From Promethearchaeota archaeon (GTDB taxonomy: Archaea; Asgardarchaeota; Lokiarchaeia; Sigyniarchaeales; SOKP01), in the NCBI GenBank assembly GCA_048941265.1, contig JBHLNT010000019.1:1-42852 (forward strand): DNA of 42,852 bases, written 5' to 3'. A model generated the notes under the pieces. That model saw only the letters and a program-made list of their open reading frames with translations, made no database searches and was not told where the DNA came from. Below are positions 1 through 7,327 of this stretch, piece after piece. The position numbers were made by a program, and so were the translations under genes. Every line of letters starts with the position of its first letter. Positions within the stretch are counted from its first letter, which is position 1.

Positions 1-457
1 CGGGACTTACAAAGTATATAATCAAATAAAACAGAAGAATTATACCTGAAATTATTGCTAATATGGGATTTATTGCTCTATCGATAAAAAATCGAAACCT
101 TTTTTGTGAAATGGGATAAAATAGAGGGATTTTAGACGCCGCTAAAGCATCGAGTGTAACATGTAAGCTATAAAAAATAAAACCAATCATCCATGCTAGT
201 AGAAAAGAATTTCCTGTTATTAAAGAAAAAATACCTGCTGCAGGGGCAGAAATAATTAGAGCTGCAAAGTAAGAGTGAGAAATTCCCTTATGTGCCAATA
301 ATTTAGATTTTCTCACTATTTTGAATGAGTGTAGAAAAACATCAAAATCAGCTAACACTGCCATTAGCCCTGCAAAGATTACAAATTCATTACTGAAAGA
401 ACTCATGAAGTAAACACTTAGTATAATTGCAATTAAAAAGTGTGAGAAAATATCCAT
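1..457 (-). CDS. Membrane-bound metal-dependent hydrolase (YdjM/DUF457-like), 3' end outside window
   Basis: Not in the ORF track. Manual translation from ATG at 457: MDIFSHFLIA...LADFDVF...AHKGISHSY...HVTLDALA, matching the MDxxxH / DxD / HRGxTHS / HxxLD pattern of this family. Confidence 0.75.
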   Translation of the reverse strand, partial: MDIFSHFLIAIILSVYFMSSFSNEFVIFAGLMAVLADFDVFLHSFKIVRKSKLLAHKGISHSYFAALIISAPAAGIFSLITGNSFLLAWMIGFIFYSLHVTLDALAASKIPLFYPISQKRFRFFIDRAINPILAIISGIILLFYLIIYFVSP

Positions 458-593
458 AATTATTCACGATATTAAATATAATGAAGTTTTTTAAATTAAT
501 CATTAAATTTTATTTGAAACAATCCTATTTGGCAAAATATTTAAATAAATGAAATAAGATTAATATTTTACTAAAGATTTTGAGGTTGAATAA

Positions 594-1331
594 ATGCTTT
601 TAAGTTTAGACCTGATGGTATTAGGAATCGTAACACTAGTCTATATATTTTTTTTGTCAGCAATTGGCATAAAAATAGGATTAATATATTTTAAAAATAA
701 GAAAAGAGTATATCTTTACACGGGTTTAAGTATTATGGGTACAGCGGTTCCTTGGTCGGGTGCGGCAATTTTTTTCATAAGTGAGGTTTTCTTTGACATA
801 ATTCCGCCTATGGAAATATTTTTTTTGTTTCACGGAGCGTTTATACCATTATTTTCAGTTTTATGGATATTAGCAATGTTAGATGTATTTGAGGTATACC
901 CAAAAAAAAGAACATGGATAAAAATTATCATGATTATTTTTTGGACGAGTCTTAATATTATATATTTAATATTTATCTTTACTGATACGACTCTTTTAGG
1001 AACTCTTACAGAAAATAATGTTATTGTTGATTATGCTCCATTTAACCAACTTTACCTTTCTATTGCCTTGATACAGGTCGTAATTACACTTACTCTATTA
1101 GGTGTCTATTCTTGGAAATCAGATGATCCAAAAATTCATTTAAGAGGTAAATTAATAATAATTAGTGTCTGCATTTTCGCATCTTCAGTTATCTTAGAAA
1201 TTCTAATGCCAATTATTCCTATGCTAATATTAGCTAGATTTTTAGTTATGTTTTATGCGGTATTCTATTACATGGGTTTTATAATGCCTAAATGGGTAGA
1301 GAATATGTTTTTAGGAGAAGATAAAACTTAA
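594..1331 (+). CDS. Stand-alone 7TM membrane protein (Loki-type, HisKA_7TM-like); paralogue of 20071 and 29250
   Basis: About 7 hydrophobic segments; shares TM2 Trp, SDDPKIxxRGK loop and C-terminal YxGFxxPxxV motif with two other ORFs in the window. Confidence 0.7.
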   Translation: MLLSLDLMVLGIVTLVYIFFLSAIGIKIGLIYFKNKKRVYLYTGLSIMGTAVPWSGAAIFFISEVFFDIIPPMEIFFLFHGAFIPLFSVLWILAMLDVFEVYPKKRTWIKIIMIIFWTSLNIIYLIFIFTDTTLLGTLTENNVIVDYAPFNQLYLSIALIQVVITLTLLGVYSWKSDDPKIHLRGKLIIISVCIFASSVILEILMPIIPMLILARFLVMFYAVFYYMGFIMPKWVENMFLGEDKT

Positions 1332-1351
1332 TTTTATGTTCTAAAAAATAT

Positions 1352-1410
1352 TTAGGAGGCAGTCCTATTGTCATTCTTTCACTATCTTTTATTGAAAGAA
1401 ATCATTCAAA
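1352..1410 (-). promoter_or_regulatory. SECIS-like element copy 1 (3' of the GDCCVxC gene) plus downstream hairpin
   Basis: Minus strand reads UUUG-AAU-GA-U-UUCUUUCA-AUAAAAGAUAG-UGAAAGAA-U-GA-CAA-UAGGA-CUGCC-UCCUA and starts directly after the TAA at 1411-1413. Confidence 0.85.
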
Positions 1411-1629
1411 TTATTCATTCGCAATTTTTTCTTGTATATGTAGTCACGGCACGTCACCATAAGTACAAAAGATTCAATCTCACCCATGGGGATTTTCATG
1501 ACCCCATATCGGTTTATTGCATCCTTGACAAGTAGTCCACATTAGTCATTGTTCTTTAGGTATTTTAAGGGTATTTATATATCCGCAATGAGGACATGTA
1601 ACATTACTTTCTGACTTGAAATCAATCAT
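1411..1629 (-). CDS. GDCCVxC-type small (seleno)protein, 72 aa, 4 predicted selenocysteines
   Basis: Missed by the ORF track. MIDFKSESNVTCPHCGYINTLKIPKEQULMWTTCQGCNKPIWGHENPHGUDUIFCTYGDVPULHIQEKIANE*. TGA at 1546-1548, 1480-1482, 1474-1476, 1444-1446. Matches the family pattern TCPxCG...C...CxxC...GDCCVFCSYGxVPC with TGA mostly at Cys positions; SECIS follows. Confidence 0.88.
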
Positions 1630-1713
1630 GTTAATCTCTTATAATGGTTTATGAATCTATAAACACTATACATCAGATTTATTATTAAAAATTTAGTATT
1701 TTAATATATAAGA

Positions 1714-1773
1714 TTAGGAGGCGGTCCTAATGTCAATCTTTCACTAAGATTTTTTGAAAGACGTCATCCAAAT
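1714..1773 (-). promoter_or_regulatory. SECIS-like element copy 2 plus downstream hairpin
   Basis: UUUG-GAU-GA-C-GUCUUUCA-AAAAAUCUUAG-UGAAAGAU-U-GA-CAU-UAGGA-CCGCC-UCCUA, starting within a few nt of the TAA at 1775-1777. Confidence 0.85.
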
Positions 1774-1774
1774 T

Positions 1775-2248
1775 TTATTTTAAAAAATAATGAGCAAAAT
1801 ATTCGTCATCCTTTCCGTATTTTTTAAGTAGAATAGTTTTAAATTTTCCAATATCTAATCTGTTTTTCACTTTCTCTCATCAACATCCTGAATCGGGTTG
1901 TAAATCAATTACACTATCAGCATATAAATTGAAACCTATATTATCTCGGAGCGGCATAAACTTTCTTAAATTCCCTTCATCGTCCAGACCATAGGGCATC
2001 AGTCCTACATCGTCATATATTTTGTTTTCTTCAGGATCCCAAAATAGTTGCAGATAATTGTGAATATAACCATCGAATATCGGGAAAATTGATTCTTTGG
2101 GATTTTCAAATACAAATTTGTCAACCATCGCTAAAGCTTCAACAAATGTCGCATTATCTTTAACAAAAACAACGAAATCTTTGCCTTTTGATAATCCGCT
2201 TAACGTCAAGCTTATTTTGAGTGTAATCTTTTTAATTTTAATAATCAC
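1775..2248 (-). CDS. Uncharacterised selenoprotein B with CUU motif (possible beta-grasp N-domain plus helical tail)
   Basis: The ORF track stops at TGA 1880-1882. A second TGA follows (1877-1879), then the frame continues EKVKNRLDIGKFKTILLKKYGKDDEYFAHYFLK-TAA, clearly homologous to the read-through tail of the upstream paralogue. Start uncertain (TTG 2281, GTG 2248 or ATT 2236). Confidence 0.85.
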
Positions 2249-2312
2249 CTTTGGTATATTAAAATTTTGAATATTTACCAAATTATTTATAAGTTTTAAT
2301 TATAAAGAATTT

Positions 2313-2370
2313 CAGGACGCAATCCTATTGTCAACCTTTCACAAGCATTTATTGAAAGATGTCATTCAAA
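2313..2370 (-). promoter_or_regulatory. SECIS-like element copy 3 plus downstream hairpin
   Basis: UUUG-AAU-GA-C-AUCUUUCA-AUAAAUGCUUG-UGAAAGGU-U-GA-CAA-UAGGA-UUGCG-UCCUG, directly after the TAA at 2371-2373. Confidence 0.85.
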
Positions 2371-2811
2371 TTATTTTATTTTAAATTTAAAGTAATGAGC
2401 AAAAGTTTCATGGTCTTTTCCGTATTTTTTCATAACAATCCGTTTAAATGTACCAAAATCTAATCTTTCTCGCATAACATCAGCTCATCAATCAGCATGA
2501 ACGGATAAAGTGATATTACTATCGGGATATAACTTTACATCAGCATTTTCCATTATAGGCATAAACTCTCTATTTGGACCATACGCATTAACCGCGCAAT
2601 CTTCATAAATCTTATTTTTTTCTGGATTCCAAATTAATTGAAGATAACTATGAATCAATCCCTTATATAAAGGAAAAATAGACTTTTCTGGATTTTCATA
2701 TATCTTTTTATCTATCTCACTTAATGCGTCAACAATAGTGCCCTCTTCATTAATTTTAACTTCAAAATCGATACCATTTGTAAGCGGTTTTTCCGGTGCG
2801 ATTATGGTCAA
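2371..2811 (-). CDS. Uncharacterised selenoprotein A with UU motif; paralogue of 1775..2248
   Basis: Tandem TGA at 2488-2490 and 2485-2487, then ADVMRERLDFGTFKRIVMKKYGKDHETFAHYFKFKIK-TAA. The first TGA aligns without gaps to a Cys (TGT) in the paralogue. Start may be ATA 2826 after GGTGGTGA. Confidence 0.85.
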
Positions 2812-2874
2812 TTTTATTCTCTTTATTTTTTCACCACCCTTGTATTTTAAATAAAATAGATTTTAAACAGATGA

Positions 2875-3264
2875 TTATTTAAGACCTTTATCCTTTAGGA
2901 GTTGAGGTAAATCCTTCTTTAATGCATAAGAAGTGGTATATTTTTTCTCTCCATCAACTAAAACACATTTGCTCCTTAAACCAAGCTGACGAGCCTCTTC
3001 AGAATTTAAGTTTTTTGTTTCATGTTTAATATACTTTATATAAGGTGTAAGTGCACTAAAAATAAGATTCATAAATTGCGACCACTCACAGGCGCATGCG
3101 TCGAGAGGCACATATATATCGACATTTAATTTATTTGGATCTAAAGGTTTTTTAATTACCTCATTAATTGAATCATTTTTGATATCAATGTCATCACTTG
3201 CACAGCAGGATGAGTTAGGTGTACAACAGGGGCTTTCAATTTTATTTACTTCTTTTTCTTCCAT
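2875..3264 (-). CDS. Cys-rich putative metal(loid)-binding protein, thioredoxin/ArsD-like
   Basis: N-terminal CC..CC (SPCCTPNSSCC), then VDIYVPLDACAC and a CVLVDGEKKY strand reminiscent of thioredoxin-fold/ArsD proteins; lies in an ars-type operon. Confidence 0.5.
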   Translation of the reverse strand: MEEKEVNKIESPCCTPNSSCCASDDIDIKNDSINEVIKKPLDPNKLNVDIYVPLDACACEWSQFMNLIFSALTPYIKYIKHETKNLNSEEARQLGLRSKCVLVDGEKKYTTSYALKKDLPQLLKDKGLK

Positions 3265-3325
3265 ATAATTTCACTTCCAATTTTGATTTAGATTTAATTA
3301 ACTTATTCCAATATTAAATTCCAAT

Positions 3326-3637
3326 TTAACCACAGCATGAGTTTTGTTGTGAATTTTTTGCTCTTTGACGAGCATCCCACAAACAACCACATCCCTTTTG
3401 TTCCTGCATAATAATAGCTTGAGTAGGGCAATTTCTAAAACAAGCACTACATTCAGTGCAAAGTTCTGGATGCTTAATTTCATATTTACCAGAATTAATT
3501 TGTTGAGGTAGCCCGAAAGGGCATACTTCACCACATAATCCACATCCAATGCATGCAGAATCACTAATAAAAATACGAGGTAGTTCAATTGTTTGAGGAG
3601 TGCAACATGAACTCTCATTTGCTTTTAATTCTGTCAT
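3326..3637 (-). CDS. hgcB: HgcB-like 2[4Fe-4S] ferredoxin
   Basis: Two CxxCxxCxxxCP motifs (CIGCGLCGEVCP, CTECSACFRNCP), a GCGC segment and a C-terminal CC; directly downstream of an hgcA-like gene. Confidence 0.72.
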   Translation of the reverse strand: MTELKANESSCCTPQTIELPRIFISDSACIGCGLCGEVCPFGLPQQINSGKYEIKHPELCTECSACFRNCPTQAIIMQEQKGCGCLWDARQRAKNSQQNSCCG

Positions 3638-3678
3638 ATTTATCTTTTTTATTGTTTTATTTTTTTTAATTCTTTATT

Positions 3679-5328
3679 TTAAATTATATAAAATATTATT
3701 CCAAAAGCTAAAAAAATTAAGCTTATAATTAGTAAAATTTTATTAATTCGCGAAAATAAGAGGTATTCTGCCTGAATCTCTCTAGGACTTGTTGACATTG
3801 TATATCCGCTAAAAGACATCGTTGAAAAAAAGGCGATCCAAAAATAAAAGCTCAAGTTCCAGAGAATAAAGAGAAATGATTGATATAATATCCAAGAAAT
3901 CCCTCCAAAAATTATTACGTTTAAAGTTCCAAAGAATAATCCTTTAATAATAAATCTTCTCGTGAAGTTTGAAATAGGTAATAAAAGAGCAATAAGCATA
4001 TTTGTTAAAATAATCCAAATGAATATTTCACCTATCCACCATAGCTTATTTGACCAATTCAATGCTAGCAGTAAAAATACTATTCCTATTAAAGGCAAAA
4101 GAAAAATTTTTCGCAAAAGAAATGTTGTATGCGTTATTCCTGCCCGGATTCGATGGGATATCGAGAATTTGGCAAGTTTCATATTATCTGGTTTTTGTTT
4201 CGGTCTTTCTTTAATATACTTCGTAATATCCTTAGACCATATTGGACCATAGACAATTTTAAATGGAAATTCTTCAGAATTTTTCGGCAATTGTGGTATA
4301 GCAACACCACCGGCAGAGAGTTGGGGGAGTATTAAGATCTTCTTGCGTGTAAGATTGTGAATTCCAGTTGCCTCAACAGCTTCAAGTAATTGTTTATTAC
4401 CAAAATCGTTTCCACGAGCAGCACACCATACATTAATGCCATTAGAATCAACACATAAAACCCATGCATCAATTCCTTTTAGACTACGCATTACTTTTAT
4501 ATATGTATATTCATAATTCGCTGTAACTATTATCGGTGAATATTCATCAGGATGTCCTGATTGATAGATTCCTGGTTCTACCGGAACACGGTCAATCTGA
4601 CCCGTGAACAAACACCGATAAATCCTTAATTGAGAGCGAATCCCTTTAAATCTTTTAAGGTTGGGGCGATAATATCCTGGAGTATCACCATCCTTTACTA
4701 ATTCTATGGCTTGTATGGAACCATGTTTCCAAGATTTTTGGGCATTAATTTTAAAGCCGATTGGTTCGATATAATTAATGAACCATTTTACGAGAAAGGT
4801 ACTTTTTAATCGGAGTCTGTGTAATTTCTTTTTAAACCACCACCGCTTTAATTTAAAAATTAGCTTCCAAAAGCCCGAAGGAATAGTTTCTGCGGCTAAT
4901 ATTAATCGCCCATCTGGTTTCAGTGAGTTCCAGGCATTTCGTAAAAATATTTGTTGCTCAAGAGGTCTAAGTTCAGATAACATAAAAGTACTTACGACTA
5001 TATCCTTTGAGCTCTTTTCAATCGGAAAATCCTTAAGTGATCCTATTTGATATAAAAGATTGACATTTGCCTCAGATGGATAATTTTGCATGGCATAATT
5101 AATCATTTGGAAGTTCTTATCAATTGCAACCACATTATTTCCTTTTATTGCCATTTTCTTCGCAAGAGTACCAGTGCCACAGCCTACCTCTAGTATGGAT
5201 TGGGAATCCTGAATACAATCTAATACCCACTCTTGAACATCAAGATTTACACCCTTAGTAAGAGCTGTAAATTTTGAATCATAAGTTTCTGGCTCTTCCT
5301 CCAATTTTCGCATATAAGTTACGGCCAT
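3679..5328 (-). CDS. hgcA: Fusion of a class I SAM methyltransferase (CpaM-like) with an HgcA-like corrinoid protein and C-terminal TM helices
   Basis: LEVGCGTG SAM motif I; VEPGIY..G.PD..SPIIVTANY and GINVWCAARG cap-helix-like motif (canonical N(V/I)WCA(A/G)GK); LILPQLSAGGV; about 5 C-terminal TM segments. Confidence 0.75.
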   Translation of the reverse strand: MAVTYMRKLEEEPETYDSKFTALTKGVNLDVQEWVLDCIQDSQSILEVGCGTGTLAKKMAIKGNNVVAIDKNFQMINYAMQNYPSEANVNLLYQIGSLKDFPIEKSSKDIVVSTFMLSELRPLEQQIFLRNAWNSLKPDGRLILAAETIPSGFWKLIFKLKRWWFKKKLHRLRLKSTFLVKWFINYIEPIGFKINAQKSWKHGSIQAIELVKDGDTPGYYRPNLKRFKGIRSQLRIYRCLFTGQIDRVPVEPGIYQSGHPDEYSPIIVTANYEYTYIKVMRSLKGIDAWVLCVDSNGINVWCAARGNDFGNKQLLEAVEATGIHNLTRKKILILPQLSAGGVAIPQLPKNSEEFPFKIVYGPIWSKDITKYIKERPKQKPDNMKLAKFSISHRIRAGITHTTFLLRKIFLLPLIGIVFLLLALNWSNKLWWIGEIFIWIILTNMLIALLLPISNFTRRFIIKGLFFGTLNVIIFGGISWILYQSFLFILWNLSFYFWIAFFSTMSFSGYTMSTSPREIQAEYLLFSRINKILLIISLIFLAFGIIFYII

Positions 5329-5353
5329 ATTTAATCCTCCAAATCTTTTTAGT

Positions 5354-6415
5354 TTATTCTGGGGGGTTCCAAAAGCCTCGCTTTTGAAGATATCTTCCTA
5401 AATAAACTATTGAAAGCATAACAGGAACTTCCCAGAACAATCCCATTGTAGTTCCTAATGCGGCAATCGATCCAATCCCATATATGGCAATCGCAGTAGC
5501 AATTGCAATTTCGAAATGACTTGAAGAGCCGATAATTACTGTGACAACAGCCTCTTTGTATTTAAGCTTAAAAAGCTTGGTAATAATCACATTATAGCTA
5601 ACAACGATTGCAAATCCAACCAGGAGAGGTATGCTAACTAAGAGTAAAAGTTCAGGATTTTTAAGTAAAACGTCTCCATTTAATGAAAAAAGGATAATCA
5701 ATGTTATTAGTAGTGCTACAACTGAAACTTTTCCTACCATAGGACGATAGGTGCCTTCAAACCATTCTTCCCCTTTTTTTTGTGTTAATAATCTTTTAGA
5801 TATTAATCCTAACGCTAAGGGGAGTCCTATAAAGAATATCAATGAAATTATTAATAAAGTTGTATCAATTGGAATATTTTGGATGCCAGTTAATAGAACA
5901 ACGATAGGAACATAAAGAAATATAATTGTTATGGTATTTAAACTGGTATTGGTGACATTTTGCTCTTGGTTTCCTCTAGCCATCCAACCCCATACAAGGA
6001 CCATTGCAGTACATGGTGAAGCAGAAAGTAAAATAATTGCTACTATTAACTGTTCATGACCAGCTAAAAAGATCCTTGCCATCATTAAACCAACAAAAGG
6101 GGCTACAATCCAATTAGAGATTAAGGTTAAAATTATCGGTTTTGGATTTTTCCCTAATTTTTTCAATTCAGATGCCTGGAGATTTAGCATTCCTGGATAC
6201 ATCATCAAGAATAGACATATCCCAATAGGAATAGAAATTTGGCCGATTGACCAGGAATTAATGGTTTCGCTAATTCCTGGAACAACTTGAGAAAGTACTA
6301 TTCCGGCAAGAATGCATAATGCCACCCATAGTGGTAAAAATTTACCAAAGAGACCTAATTCATGGGGTGTTCCTGCTTTATTTCTTATATCATTTTTAGC
6401 TTGTAGTTCACTCAT
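5354..6415 (-). CDS. acr3: Acr3-family arsenite efflux transporter
   Basis: PIGICLFLMMYP, NWIVAPF, ASPCTAMVLVW (conserved Cys), SSHFEIAIATA and EVPVML motifs; about 10 TM. Confidence 0.93.
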   Translation of the reverse strand: MSELQAKNDIRNKAGTPHELGLFGKFLPLWVALCILAGIVLSQVVPGISETINSWSIGQISIPIGICLFLMMYPGMLNLQASELKKLGKNPKPIILTLISNWIVAPFVGLMMARIFLAGHEQLIVAIILLSASPCTAMVLVWGWMARGNQEQNVTNTSLNTITIIFLYVPIVVLLTGIQNIPIDTTLLIISLIFFIGLPLALGLISKRLLTQKKGEEWFEGTYRPMVGKVSVVALLITLIILFSLNGDVLLKNPELLLLVSIPLLVGFAIVVSYNVIITKLFKLKYKEAVVTVIIGSSSHFEIAIATAIAIYGIGSIAALGTTMGLFWEVPVMLSIVYLGRYLQKRGFWNPPE

Positions 6416-6417
6416 TT

Positions 6418-7164
6418 TTAATTAACCTCATTTAATAGTAGTCTAGAAGTACTCATCCTTCTAGAATATTCATCTCTCATGTTATCGATGAATTGCCTTA
6501 AATTCTCATTAATTTGAGATAAATCTTCAGGAGGTATAGCATTTAGAAGTGATACTAGGTGATTGATTCCAGCAACTTCCTTATCGCATGTGTGACCAAA
6601 CCGTGGAGCGCGACATTCATGGCAGACACTTAAGGCAAAATTTTGAAGATTTTCTGTGTTAAAATCCTTATCTAAAAGAAATTTTGCCCCAGCTTCAGAG
6701 GAACCGCATAGTGAAGATCGCTTTACTATAATTTCTCTAAATTTACCATCTTCATCAATTTTAGGCTCATATATAGGTCTTCCGTAAAAAGTCGTAAATT
6801 CATCTACTTCTGGTATTCCCGTATCATTTTCTAGAGAACACATAGTTGGAGCATGAATGACTTGAGGATTTATTTTTCTCGCTTGAATTAATAGCCCTAC
6901 ACCGGGCAATACACCGAGTATTAACGGCTTCTGAAGTTCTGCTAGTTCTAAAATAAGATCAGGATGTCGAACGTAAGAAATGTATATATCGCAATCGGGG
7001 ATATTAAGTTTAAAATCATCATCCAGCATTAGATTAGAAGGTATTTCAGGAACCAGAATCCATACTACTTCAAAATTCTTCTTAATATTTTCAAAAGCTC
7101 TTTCACCGTACTTTCCATCTGACACTAATCCAACTTTTAAATTTTTAAATAAATGAGATGTCAT
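6418..7164 (-). CDS. DUF166-family protein
   Basis: GKYGERA, HPDL, CSL, RSSLCGS and CRA motifs typical of archaeal DUF166; first gene of the operon. Confidence 0.65.
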   Translation of the reverse strand: MTSHLFKNLKVGLVSDGKYGERAFENIKKNFEVVWILVPEIPSNLMLDDDFKLNIPDCDIYISYVRHPDLILELAELQKPLILGVLPGVGLLIQARKINPQVIHAPTMCSLENDTGIPEVDEFTTFYGRPIYEPKIDEDGKFREIIVKRSSLCGSSEAGAKFLLDKDFNTENLQNFALSVCHECRAPRFGHTCDKEVAGINHLVSLLNAIPPEDLSQINENLRQFIDNMRDEYSRRMSTSRLLLNEVN

Positions 7165-7234
7165 TATTCAATTTTCTTTAAAATATGGGTTAAAATATAT
7201 TTTTAAGGTTCAAGATATTAATAGAATTAATCAG

Positions 7235-7280
7235 ATTTATACTTATCGATTTGGACGTTAAATTTATATTTATCGATTTG
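7235..7280. promoter_or_regulatory. Candidate ArsR operator: 19-bp direct repeat
   Basis: ATTTATACTTATCGATTTG (7235-7253) and ATTTATATTTATCGATTTG (7262-7280), 18/19 identical, in the divergent promoter region. Confidence 0.45.
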
Positions 7281-7327
7281 TTATATATTATAGAGAATTA
7301 AAGATTTTTCAAATTTTTGTAAATATT

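Noticed and set aside
1352-2370. The three ~60-bp repeats as a CRISPR array, MITE or simple terminators
   Set aside because: They are separated by whole genes, there are no cas genes, terminal inverted repeats or target duplications, and the kink-turn core with covariation fits SECIS better.
1411-2811. In-frame TGAs as pseudogenisation or genome-wide TGA reassignment
   Set aside because: All 8 interruptions are TGA (never TAA/TAG), several sit at Cys-equivalent positions, and each gene has a SECIS-like element. TGA still terminates other genes here (13880, 13961, 24419) and Trp is encoded by TGG.
3298-5050. ORFs 3298..3618, 3962..4252, 4129..4335 and 4778..5050
   Set aside because: Alternate-frame or antisense shadows of the hgcB-like and hgcA-like genes.
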